DNA of 64,000 nucleotides from the NCBI GenBank assembly GCA_963796055.1, contig CAWCKH010000004.1:672001-736000 (forward strand). The letters run 5' to 3'. The translations under genes and the position numbers were made by a program. Every line of letters starts with the position of its first letter. Within the stretch, counting starts at the first letter, position 1. Below are positions 28,983 through 38,959 of this stretch, piece after piece. The notes under the pieces were generated by a model. It had not been told where the DNA came from. It made no database searches and saw only the letters and a list, made by a program, of their open reading frames with translations. This DNA is from an uncultured delta proteobacterium. Its GTDB lineage: Bacteria > Myxococcota > Myxococcia > Myxococcales > Myxococcaceae.

Positions 28983-29092
28983 GTCTCCTGCGTCCGCCCC
29001 TCGGGAATTGCTCTAACCCCCGGGAGGCGAACAGTTCAAGTCGACAGCGAGGAGCACGGAGGGACGGGCCCGCCCGGTCACCGACCCCGGGA

Positions 29093-30166
<1,074 letters not shown>

Positions 30167-30201
30167 GGGGTGCCTGGACCTCGCTCCGAGCTCAGTAGAT
30201 G

Positions 30202-30219
30202 ACTGAACGCTGTTTCAGT
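30202..30219 (-). promoter_or_regulatory. Probable LexA (SOS) box upstream of recA
   Basis: Imperfect palindrome ACTGAA-CGCTGT-TTCAGT; the minus strand reads CTGAAACAGCGTTCAG, close to the Myxococcus LexA consensus CTRHAMRYBYGTTCAGS; about 36 nt before the recA ATG. Confidence 0.72.
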
Positions 30220-30237
30220 ATGCCCGACGGCGATTTC

Positions 30238-30891
30238 CTAGTCGACCCCCCTGACACCCTTTGGCCAGATGAAGCGCGCGGTGACCAGGCCCGCCACTCC
30301 GGGGAGCACCGTCGCCACCCCGTACCGGAACCCCAGGACGCAGGCCAGCACGCCCAGGGCGAACACCGCTCGGCGGGCCCAGCTCCGCAGCGATGGCCGG
30401 ATGGCCCCGGCGACGGTCACCCCCTCCAGCGCCAGCACCGAGGCGAGCCCGATGCCGGTGGGCGGCTCGGACACGCCCCAGAGCGACAGGCACAGCGCCA
30501 CGGTCATCACCAGGACGGCGAGCCCGCGGCGGTCGGTCGCCTCGGAGGGGCGCTCGGCCCGCCAGTGGGCCAGGTCCTCCGGGGACACCTCGAGCGCGTA
30601 GGGGTAGCCGAGCGCAAGCAGCCGCTCCACGGCGACCGCCCGCGCCGAGCTCCCGTCGGAGGCGTGAAGCGTCGCCAGCTGGCCCGAGGCGAGGAGCTGG
30701 AGCAGCCGATCCGCGGTGGTCCGGGGGTTGCCCAGATCCAGCTGGGCCAGCCGGTCCACGAAGGCGCGGCGTGCGCCCTCATCCGCGCCCGGCGCCCGGG
30801 CGCTGGCCAGCGCGTGCCCGAGCGGGTCCTGTCCCACCGGCTCGAGCTCCCCGAGCGGACCGGGGGGGATGTGTGCCTGTTGGCGTTCCAC
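30238..30891 (-). CDS. Hypothetical membrane protein
   Basis: AAGGAG upstream; AVERLLALGYPYALEVSPEDL motif followed by about 4 TM segments; start approximate. Confidence 0.65.
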   Translation of the reverse strand: MERQQAHIPPGPLGELEPVGQDPLGHALASARAPGADEGARRAFVDRLAQLDLGNPRTTADRLLQLLASGQLATLHASDGSSARAVAVERLLALGYPYALEVSPEDLAHWRAERPSEATDRRGLAVLVMTVALCLSLWGVSEPPTGIGLASVLALEGVTVAGAIRPSLRSWARRAVFALGVLACVLGFRYGVATVLPGVAGLVTARFIWPKGVRGVD

Positions 30892-31000
30892 GTCCGACAG
30901 GACTCTCCTTACCAGGGGGGCCACGCCGGGGCCACGCGGCCGCCGCCCGGGCGTCAGCCCGCAACCGCCGGGCCTGCGCCCGTGTTCACATCCAGTGCCC

Positions 31001-31603
31001 GTGGACGAACGAACGGACGAGGACGCGGCCCTGATGCTGCGGGTGGCGGCGGGTGACACCGCCGCCTTCGCAGCGCTCTACGACCGGCACCACCGGTCGG
31101 TGGCGCGCTTCGCCCATCGCTTGGTCCAGGACGCCGGGAAGGCAGAGGAGCTGACGCAGGACATCTTCGTGAAGCTGTATCGACATGCAGGCCGCTATCG
31201 GCGCACCGCGCGCTTCAAGACCTTCCTCTTCAGGGTGGCGGCCAACCACTGTCTGAACGAGGTCCGCCGAGGGGAGTACCGGGTGCGACACGTGCCCGAG
31301 CAGGGCGAGGAGGGCAAGGCAGTGGAGCTGGCCGCACCGGAGGCCCACGCCCCGGACCGGGCCGTCGAGGGGCGGGAGCTGGAGGCGACGGTGGCGGCGG
31401 CGCTCCAGCAGCTGAGCGAGCGCGAGCGGACCGCCTTCGCGCTCTGCCGGTTCGAGGGGATGGCGTACCGCGACATCGCCGAGGTGCTCTCGGCGAGCGA
31501 GGCTGCGGTGAAGAGTCTCATCCACCGCGCGACCCTCTCGGTCGCCCTGGCGGTGGAGGCATGGCAGGCAGGGGCCAGCGGCCCCGCGAGGAGCGAGGCA
31601 TGA
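31001..31603 (+). CDS. ECF RNA polymerase sigma factor
   Basis: GDTAAFAALY, AEELTQDIF, FKTFLFRVAANHCLN, GMAYRDIAEVL..SEAAVKSLIHRA. Confidence 0.93.
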   Translation: MDERTDEDAALMLRVAAGDTAAFAALYDRHHRSVARFAHRLVQDAGKAEELTQDIFVKLYRHAGRYRRTARFKTFLFRVAANHCLNEVRRGEYRVRHVPEQGEEGKAVELAAPEAHAPDRAVEGRELEATVAAALQQLSERERTAFALCRFEGMAYRDIAEVLSASEAAVKSLIHRATLSVALAVEAWQAGASGPARSEA

Positions 31604-32076
31604 GCTGCACCGTGGAAGAAGAGCTGACCGCATACGTGGACGGCGAGCTGTCCGCCGTCGAGGCGGCGCGGGTGCGGGGCCACCTGACCTCCTGTCCCGA
31701 TTGCCGGGCGACGGAGGCCCTGCTCCGGCGGACTCTGACCGAGCTGGCCACGCTGCCGGCCTTCGAGCCGTCGCCGGGGCTCCGCCGCCGGGTGCTGGCC
31801 GAGGTCGACGCGCTCCCCCCGCGGTGGACCGAGCGGGTGCGTGGCTGGTTCCGACCCGGCGTGCTGGCCCCGGCAGGGCTGGTGCTGGCGACGGCGGTGG
31901 TGGTCGCGGTAGTGGTGGGCCAGCGCGCGGTGACGGCGCGGGCCGAGCAGCGCACCGAGCTGGCGGTGGCCGAGCACTACGAGCTGCTCAGCGACTACGA
32001 GGTGGTGGGGCTCTCCCCGGACGACCTCGAGGTGGTGGAGCAGCTCGACCAGCTGCAGAAGGAGGGCCGGCCATGA
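31600..32076 (+). CDS. Zinc-finger (zf-HC2) transmembrane anti-sigma factor
   Basis: LTAYVDGEL...HLTSCPDC (HxxxCxxC) plus one TM helix; ATGA overlap with the sigma gene. Confidence 0.9.
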   Translation: MSCTVEEELTAYVDGELSAVEAARVRGHLTSCPDCRATEALLRRTLTELATLPAFEPSPGLRRRVLAEVDALPPRWTERVRGWFRPGVLAPAGLVLATAVVVAVVVGQRAVTARAEQRTELAVAEHYELLSDYEVVGLSPDDLEVVEQLDQLQKEGRP

Positions 32077-32564
32077 GGACCTGGCTGCTGAGCCTGGCGC
32101 TGCTCTCTGCCGGGCCCGCCTGGTCCCAGGCGGAAACCTCGCCCGAGGATCCGGGGGCGCGGTTCGACCGGATGAGCGAGCAGGAGAAGGCGCAGCTCCG
32201 CGAGCGGCTCCGGCAGTTCAAGGCGCTCCCGCTGGACGAGCAGCTCCGCGTCCAGGCGAACGTCGCGCGCTGGCGGGCGCTCCCGCCCGAGGAGAAGGAG
32301 CGGGTGCGGCAGAACCTCCACGCCTTCCAGCAGCTGTCGCCCGACGAGCGGCAGAAGCTGCTCACCCAGTGGCGCGAGTTCCAGAAGCTGACCCCCGAGC
32401 AGCGGCAGGACCTGCGCCAGCAGATGCGAGAGTACCTCCGTGCCAATCCCGAGCGCCGGCGGCAGATGCTGGAGAACCTCCGCGAGTGGCGGTCGATGTC
32501 CCGGGAGCAGCGGGAGCTGATGCGGCAGCGGCTCCGGGAGATGCGGGAGAGGCGGGGAAAGTGA
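32073..32564 (+). CDS. DUF3106-like exported helical repeat protein
   Basis: Signal peptide; repeated (W/F)xxL(P/S/T)PE(E/Q)(K/R) units; ATGA coupling. Confidence 0.85.
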   Translation: MRTWLLSLALLSAGPAWSQAETSPEDPGARFDRMSEQEKAQLRERLRQFKALPLDEQLRVQANVARWRALPPEEKERVRQNLHAFQQLSPDERQKLLTQWREFQKLTPEQRQDLRQQMREYLRANPERRRQMLENLREWRSMSREQRELMRQRLREMRERRGK

Positions 32565-32776
32565 CGGGACTGCTCGCGGTCCTGCTCCTCCTCTCCGTCG
32601 ACGCTGGCACCCCCGGAGCTCCCGATGGAGGCATCGGCCGGCCGACGGCGCCGGCGAGGACCGCCGAGGACGAGGAGATCATCCAGAACCTCGACCTGCT
32701 GGAGCACCTCACCGAGGGGCAGGCGCTGGAGATGATGCTCGACCTCGAGGCGGCGCGGACGAAGACGGATCGCTGA
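32561..32776 (+). CDS. Small exported protein ending the ECF operon
   Basis: GTGA overlap; hydrophobic N-terminus then EDEEIIQNLDLLE. Confidence 0.65.
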   Translation: MTGLLAVLLLLSVDAGTPGAPDGGIGRPTAPARTAEDEEIIQNLDLLEHLTEGQALEMMLDLEAARTKTDR

Positions 32777-32872
32777 GCGGAACGATCAGCCAGGTCAGCG
32801 TGCGGTGACCCGGGCCATCCCGGCGCGGGCATCCTCGAGCGCCGCGGCGAGGAGCTCGGCGTCCGTCCGGAG

Positions 32873-33337
32873 CTAGGGACCCCCGCAGCTGTGCGAGTTC
32901 GGTCCGCATTCGAGCCCGGAGCAGCACGGGGTGGGGTCGCAGGACTGTCCCAGCTGGGCGCAGGACACCGCGGCCAGGGCGCGTGGGGCGGTGATGAGGA
33001 GGATCGCCGGGATGGCTGCCAGTCCCAGCTGGCGGATCACCCGGCGCCGGGAAAGCGGCGGCTGCGGCCGGGGAACGGGCCTCTCGAGGAGCCGTGCCTT
33101 CCCCAGACGCTCTACGGTGAGACGGACCACCTCGGGGAGCAGCGGGATGCCCTCCTCGGCCAGCGCCTGCCAGATGGCGGTCACCTCGCGCGTCCCATCG
33201 CAAAGCATCCAGATCCGCGCCGCCCGGCCGTCCAGGCACAGCGCCCGGTGGTGCAGCTCGTCGTAGAGCAGCGTCTCGCCCTCGACGTCTTGCCGGAGCA
33301 GGCCGGTGAGGCGTCGCTCTGGACGAAAGCGCGTCAC
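32873..33337 (-). CDS. PqqD/RRE-fold protein fused to a twin-Arg-like leader and a 6-Cys knottin-like C-terminal peptide
   Basis: GTG overlaps the upstream stop (GTGA); LLRQDVEGETLLYD...LCLDGRAARIWMLCDGTREVTAI...LERLGKARLL-type RRE pattern; SRRRVIR...APRALAA; CAQLGQSCDPTPCCSGLECGPNSHSC. Confidence 0.85.
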   Translation of the reverse strand: MTRFRPERRLTGLLRQDVEGETLLYDELHHRALCLDGRAARIWMLCDGTREVTAIWQALAEEGIPLLPEVVRLTVERLGKARLLERPVPRPQPPLSRRRVIRQLGLAAIPAILLITAPRALAAVSCAQLGQSCDPTPCCSGLECGPNSHSCGGP

Positions 33338-36300
33338 CCGCTCGCCCTCCAGCGCCTCCCACCTCGCGCCCGCCGGGCGAGGATCAGGAGGACGAGCCCG
33401 AAGAGCGCCGCCGCGCTCCCCGGAGCGCCCGCGACGGAGCAACCGGTGGACGCAGGTGGCGGCGCCGCCTGCGGCTTCACCACCAGCCGCGCGCTCGGAT
33501 CGCCGAAGAGGTGCCAGGTCCGGCGCAGGTCCGGGTCGGTCACCGCTGACAGGGCACGCCGGGTCGACTCGCCGAGCGTGGCTCCCTCCACCAGGCCACC
33601 GACCAGCACCCGGTGCAGCCGGGCCTGCTGCGAGGAGACCACCATCCCCGACGAGCTCCAGGTCCCCCATGCGCCTCCCTCGGCGCCCAGCAGGGCCTCC
33701 GACAGGCTCTGCCGGTAGAGGTCGTGGAAGAAGCCGGTGAGGCAGGTCATCTGGACGATGAGCCCGGTCTTGCCGCCGTTCACCAGCGCCGCGGCATCGT
33801 CGCTGGACAGCAGATGCCCGTCCCAGAACGACTCCGCGCCGTGCCCCAGGTAGCTGACCAGCGCCGGGCCCCGGTCGAGGGCGACCAGGATGCGCTCGTG
33901 CACCTCGGCGTCGGTCCCGTCGGCGCGGCGTACCACCTCGGTGGTCCAGCCATCGGTGAGCGGTCGCACCTGGCCCAGGGCCTCGCTGAAGTCGGAGACA
34001 TCGTCGCGGTCGGTGATGTGCAGCACCGTCGCCGCGGGGGCGAGCTGCCGCCGGGCGAGGATCTTCTGCACCATCCGCGAGGCATCCTTCGCCGTTCTCG
34101 CCGGCAGGCGGCCCACCGCCAGGGCGGGCTCTCCCGAGCCGTCGAGGTCCGCCAGCGAACCGTCGGAGGCGGTCTCGAGGAACTGGGTCTGCACCAGCAT
34201 CGTGGGGACCCGGTCCTGCCCGGTTCCCAGGTAGTCCTTGGGGTCGAACGATGCGCTGCCCACCAGGAGCAGGAAACGAGGCTGGCGGGTCCATCGCTGC
34301 AGCGCCTCGCGCACCAGCGCCCGGATGGCCTCCGGGTCCTTCTCCCCGGTGGCGAACTCGTCGTAGACGTCGGCCACGTCGATCACCGCCACCTCGAGCC
34401 CCTCGGCCCGTCGCGCCGCCACCAGCGGCTCGAGGGCGGCGGCGAGGCCGGGCTCGGTGACGATCACCAGATCCGCGCCGGGTCCGGAGCGCCAGGTGCT
34501 GGGCACGTTGGGGACCACGGCCTGGGGAGCGCGCACGTCCCCCTCGCGCACCGCGAGCAGCATCCGCTCCCCCTGGGCGGGCGCCGTCACCCATGGCTGG
34601 CCTCCCGGGTCGGTCTCCACCGGCAGCTCGCCGACCCGCAGCGGATCGGTGACGTCGAAGACGTGGGTGTCGGCCGGCAGGAAGCCGTCGAGCTTCGCCC
34701 GGCGACCTCCCTCCAGGGTGAAGCGCAGCGCTCCGGTGCCGGCGGCGATGTGGCGTAGGTAGCTGATGCGCAGCGCCACCTCGAGTGCGACGCCTCCAGT
34801 GTCGAGCGACCGCAGCTCGACCTGGTTGTCGCCCTCCTGGAGAAGTCCGGGCGGGAGGGCGAAGGTGTGCCGGAAGAGGCTCTGGCCCACGCCCTCGGCA
34901 ATCCCCAGCCAGGTCCGGTTGAAGCTCACTCCGACGCTGTGCGAGCCATCGGTGACTCCCTGCAGCTCGACCTCCAGCTGGGTCGAGCCCTGGTTCGCTG
35001 CCACTCCCTCGACGCGGAAGAACCGGGGCTGGGTCGCGGTGTCGAGCACCAGCGGCCCGAAGAACTTCTCGGCGCTCCCGTTCCGGAGGGCCGCGAAGTA
35101 GACCAGATGGTCCTGGATGAGGAGCGTCTCCGGATACAGGGAGGCCTGGCCGGAGGGGGCGGTCACCAGCAGGGTGGGAAGGGTGCTCCCCGGTCCCATC
35201 GCCGCCGTGAGCCAGTAGACTGCGGTTCTCGTCGAACGGGTTTCCAGGCCGAGGCCGTAGAACTCCACCGCGTCGCCCGGCTCGAGCGTGGACCCGGCAG
35301 CGCGCACGCGAAGCGGGATGCTCTCCGCGGCGCGCCAGAGCGACAGCTGCTGCACCGGGGTGCCGAGGGGGATGCCGGCGGCGGCGAGCTGCTCGGCGGA
35401 CACCCGGTACCAGCCCTCGTCGCGGACCACCAGCTTCGCCGCGGGGGCGGCGGCGAGCTTCGCTTGCCGGTCTCGATCGACGAAAGCCCGCGGCGCCACC
35501 GCCCGCGGAAAGCGGGGCGCACGTTCCATCCGCGCCGCCCCCGCCCCGAGCGCCAGCGCCTCGGCGGCGCGATCCAGCCGCGCGGTCTGCGTTCCGCTCC
35601 GGACCGCCTCATTCCGGGGCAGCGGCTCGACGACCTCCGACCAGGTGCTCCGGCCCTGCAGGTCGATCGCCTCGAGCAGGTAGGACGCTCCCGGAGGAGC
35701 CTGCGCGCTCTCCCAGGAATACCCCCGGGCGTCGGGAACCCGTGCCCGCGTCCGGAGCGCCGGACCCTCGAGCAATCCGGGGGTCAGCAGCGTCCTGCGC
35801 CCGCGCCACAGCTGCCACACCCGGTACCCGATGATCCGGAGCTCGTCCGCACCTCGCCAGGAGAGGCGGACCCCGTCGGGCCCGACCGAGCCCTGCGTCG
35901 CCATGAAGCGGACGGCATTGGGGTCCACCGGGCTGAGGGCCAGGGCCAGATAGGCCCAGTTGCCCCCCGCCGCCGGCGTCCAGCTCAGGGTGTTGGTCCC
36001 GGTGCCCGCGGCGGCCACGCTGGAGGCGCCACCGCGCAGCGTGCCGGCGGCGAGGTTCCAGGTGGCGGTCTGCCCGGTGCCGGGAGCCAGCGGCGGCGCG
36101 GCCGGTGCAGCCAGCGCGTCGAGGACGATCTGCCCCGCGGCGGAGAGGACGCCGAGGCTCACCGTCCCACCGGTACCGGCCCCGCTCACCGGGACGGTGG
36201 TCGGGTCGCGCTGGTTGATGCCGGTGAACGACTCCGAGCCGGCGACGATGTTCGCCACCGCACTGGTGGTGACGGTGACCGTCGCCGTGCCCGGCGCGGG

Positions 36301-38859
36301 CTGCTTGAGGCCGAAGAACGACACCCGGGTGTTCCCCTGGGCCGCGGTGCCGAGCTGGGTGAGGGGCACGCCTCCGTAGCTGACCGAGGAGACCGCCGCC
36401 ACGCCGTCGTTGGACACCCCCACCACCAGGAAGCGATCGTTGCCGCTGGCCACGGTGTGCGGCCAGCTGGCCGTGCTCTGTCCGGAGACGGCCACCGAGC
36501 CGACCTGGCAGGCGTCCCCCACTCCGTCGGAGTTGGAGTCGGTCTGCGCGGGGTTGAACACCGCGGGACAGTTGTCACCGCCGTTGGGCACCCCGTCGTT
36601 GTCCGCGTCGGGGGCAAAGGTGGCGGTCACGGTCTGGGTGGCGCTGGCCACGATGTTGTGGCTCTGCCCCCCGGAGTCCGACCAGCTCTGGAAGACGTGG
36701 GGGATGCCCTGGAGGTAGGCCGGCGAGGCCGCGCCGATGGAGTTGGTGGTGCCCTGGATCACCGTCCGGGTGAAGGGAGCGACCGCCGTCTCCGGTCCCA
36801 GGGTGAGCAGCGCCCCGGGGGGGACGGAGTCGACGGTGAGCAGGACCGTCTTCGGCTGGAGGTTGACCGAGGTCTGCCGGGTGAGCCCCCCGGAGTCGGT
36901 CACCGAGAGAATGACCTCGAGGTACGACGGGTAGTCGTGCTCGGGCCCGGGGAAGCTGGCCGAGGCCACCCCGTCGAAGTGGGCCCAGTCGTGGGTGTGG
37001 CAGCTGCCACCCGGGCAATGGTGGATGACCACGTCCCAGTGGAGCGCGGAGGCCGGCAGTGCCCCGTCCTCGGCGTCGGTGGCGTGACCGGAGAAGGTGA
37101 TGCTGTCGCCGACCGCCCAGGTGAGGGAAGGCGACGGCGTGTCGATGACCGGGAGGGGAGGGGTGTTGTCGACGTCGATGGTGACCGAGGCGGTGTCGAA
37201 GGCCCCGAAGGCATCGGTCACCCGGACCGAGGCGGGGTGTGAGCCTGCGCCATAGGTGAACGAGGCAGTGGGCGCGTCCGGCGCGTCGGTGAACAGGCCG
37301 TTGCCGTCCAGGTCCCAGGCGAAGCTGAGCGGCGCCGTGCCGGTGGATGCGGAGGCATCGAAGGCGACGGTGAGCGGCGATGTCCCGCTGGTGGGCGTGG
37401 CGGTGAGGCTGGCCACCGGGGCCCCGTACTGGATCCGCCAGATCCTCCCGCCCACGATGTCGGCAAAGTAGATGTCCCCTCCCGGACCGGCCTGGACGTC
37501 GACGGGGTACGAGGCGTTGCTGGTGAAGACCTGGATCTGGGCGGGATCCGGCAGCCCGTTGGGTCCGGGCAGCATGGCCCAGATGCAGCGCACCGAATAG
37601 TCGGCGAAGAAGAGCGCGTCCCGGAACTGCGGCGGGTACGCGCTGCCCTCGTAGAAGGCCAGCCCGGAGATGGAGGCGCTGCCGCTGGTGCAGACCCCGG
37701 TGTCCCAGCCGGGGGCGCGTCCGTGCTGGTAGGCGTACCAGGGAAAGTCGAGCCTGGTGGGGAAGAAGGTTCCCCCGTCGAAGGGGCCGAGGGGAATCCC
37801 GCCGTCCAGGTTGGTCCCGGTTCCGGCGTCCATCTTGTACATCGCGGTGCAGAAGGGAAAGACGTTGTAACCGCTCTCCTTCTCGATGTTTTCCCAGCAG
37901 GGCCAGCCGAAGTTCGTCACCGGGGACTGGTGGGCGTCCGGGAGGCGGTGGATCTCCTCCCACTTGTTCCAGCCCACGTTGCCGATCCACAGTTCGCTGG
38001 TGCCGGGGCGCATCGTCATCCGGAAGGGATTGCGCAGTCCCACCGCGACGACGCGGTCCGCCGCGGGAAGCCGATTGAACAGCGGGTTGTCGGGGGGCGC
38101 CGTGCCGTCCAGCGGGTCGAGCCGGAGGAGGCTGCCGGAGAAGGTCATCGAGTCCGACGGGGTGAGGAGGTCCTGCGAGCGCAGCGCCCCTCCCTGTCCC
38201 TGCGGATCGCCGCAGGGGTTCCCGGCGTCGGCGGCGAAGGAGTCCCCCTGGTCGGCGAAGACGTAGCTCGCTCCGTCCCCGGCGGAGAGGTACAGCATCC
38301 CGTCCGCCCCGAAGACCAGATCGCCGATCGAGTGACTGGCGTATTGCTGGCACCACTGCCTCTCGATCAGCGGCTGCTCGGGGCCCACCAGCTGGTTGCT
38401 GGCGTCGACGTTCAGCCGCGACAGCCGACCGGTGATGAAGCAGTAGCCGCCGTTGACCCCGCCGGTGCAGGAGCTGCCGTCGTTGGGGTACGTCCCGCCA
38501 TCCGGCGCCTGGGCGGCGGAGTAGAGGATGTAGACGTAGGGGATGGCCGGGAACGCCGGATGGATGGCGAGCCCGAGGAGCCCACGATCGCCTCCGTTGA
38601 ACACCTTGTCGCGGATGTCCAGCACCACATCGGGCGTGGAGTCGGTGAGACCATCGAAGACCTTGAGCACGCCCTTGCGCTCGGCGACGAAGACTCGCCC
38701 GTCGGGGGCGAAGCGGAAGGCGACCGGATTGTCCAGCCCGCTGAAGATGCTCGTCTGGCTGAAGTTGGGCGAGTAGAGCTGCGCCCGGGCCAGGCCGGCG
38801 AGCAGCGCGACGGCAAGCGCGACCGAGCAGCGCAGTCGCAGACCTCGCCGTCCACCCAT
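33334..38859 (-). CDS. Large secreted multidomain protein: glucose/sorbosone (PQQ-type) dehydrogenase propeller + PKD/Ig + TSP3 repeat + C25 (gingipain-like) cysteine peptidase + MYXO-CTERM-like anchor
   Basis: Signal peptide ending LARA; DRGLLGLAIHP, GMLYLSAGDG, GLRNPFR; FAWDLDGNG; DADNDGVPNGGDNCPAVFNPAQTDSNSDGVGDAC; EGWYRV, VYDEF, AVGRLP, YLGHG, MTCLTGFF, LFGDP; GCSVAG + TM + RRARGGRR. Confidence 0.9.
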   Translation of the reverse strand: MGGRRGLRLRCSVALAVALLAGLARAQLYSPNFSQTSIFSGLDNPVAFRFAPDGRVFVAERKGVLKVFDGLTDSTPDVVLDIRDKVFNGGDRGLLGLAIHPAFPAIPYVYILYSAAQAPDGGTYPNDGSSCTGGVNGGYCFITGRLSRLNVDASNQLVGPEQPLIERQWCQQYASHSIGDLVFGADGMLYLSAGDGASYVFADQGDSFAADAGNPCGDPQGQGGALRSQDLLTPSDSMTFSGSLLRLDPLDGTAPPDNPLFNRLPAADRVVAVGLRNPFRMTMRPGTSELWIGNVGWNKWEEIHRLPDAHQSPVTNFGWPCWENIEKESGYNVFPFCTAMYKMDAGTGTNLDGGIPLGPFDGGTFFPTRLDFPWYAYQHGRAPGWDTGVCTSGSASISGLAFYEGSAYPPQFRDALFFADYSVRCIWAMLPGPNGLPDPAQIQVFTSNASYPVDVQAGPGGDIYFADIVGGRIWRIQYGAPVASLTATPTSGTSPLTVAFDASASTGTAPLSFAWDLDGNGLFTDAPDAPTASFTYGAGSHPASVRVTDAFGAFDTASVTIDVDNTPPLPVIDTPSPSLTWAVGDSITFSGHATDAEDGALPASALHWDVVIHHCPGGSCHTHDWAHFDGVASASFPGPEHDYPSYLEVILSVTDSGGLTRQTSVNLQPKTVLLTVDSVPPGALLTLGPETAVAPFTRTVIQGTTNSIGAASPAYLQGIPHVFQSWSDSGGQSHNIVASATQTVTATFAPDADNDGVPNGGDNCPAVFNPAQTDSNSDGVGDACQVGSVAVSGQSTASWPHTVASGNDRFLVVGVSNDGVAAVSSVSYGGVPLTQLGTAAQGNTRVSFFGLKQPAPGTATVTVTTSAVANIVAGSESFTGINQRDPTTVPVSGAGTGGTVSLGVLSAAGQIVLDALAAPAAPPLAPGTGQTATWNLAAGTLRGGASSVAAAGTGTNTLSWTPAAGGNWAYLALALSPVDPNAVRFMATQGSVGPDGVRLSWRGADELRIIGYRVWQLWRGRRTLLTPGLLEGPALRTRARVPDARGYSWESAQAPPGASYLLEAIDLQGRSTWSEVVEPLPRNEAVRSGTQTARLDRAAEALALGAGAARMERAPRFPRAVAPRAFVDRDRQAKLAAAPAAKLVVRDEGWYRVSAEQLAAAGIPLGTPVQQLSLWRAAESIPLRVRAAGSTLEPGDAVEFYGLGLETRSTRTAVYWLTAAMGPGSTLPTLLVTAPSGQASLYPETLLIQDHLVYFAALRNGSAEKFFGPLVLDTATQPRFFRVEGVAANQGSTQLEVELQGVTDGSHSVGVSFNRTWLGIAEGVGQSLFRHTFALPPGLLQEGDNQVELRSLDTGGVALEVALRISYLRHIAAGTGALRFTLEGGRRAKLDGFLPADTHVFDVTDPLRVGELPVETDPGGQPWVTAPAQGERMLLAVREGDVRAPQAVVPNVPSTWRSGPGADLVIVTEPGLAAALEPLVAARRAEGLEVAVIDVADVYDEFATGEKDPEAIRALVREALQRWTRQPRFLLLVGSASFDPKDYLGTGQDRVPTMLVQTQFLETASDGSLADLDGSGEPALAVGRLPARTAKDASRMVQKILARRQLAPAATVLHITDRDDVSDFSEALGQVRPLTDGWTTEVVRRADGTDAEVHERILVALDRGPALVSYLGHGAESFWDGHLLSSDDAAALVNGGKTGLIVQMTCLTGFFHDLYRQSLSEALLGAEGGAWGTWSSSGMVVSSQQARLHRVLVGGLVEGATLGESTRRALSAVTDPDLRRTWHLFGDPSARLVVKPQAAPPPASTGCSVAGAPGSAAALFGLVLLILARRARGGRRWRASG

Positions 38860-38959
38860 CGGGAGCACCCCCGAACGGCGAGTAGTTCTCTGCTCGCAAC
38901 GCCGCTGCAAGTGGGTCTCTCACGACCCGACGCATTGCCCACGGTCAGAGCCACGGGGT

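Noticed and set aside
32873..33337. True pqqD of a PQQ biosynthesis operon
   Set aside because: No pqqA/B/C/E nearby, and the protein has a leader plus Cys-rich extension not found in canonical PqqD
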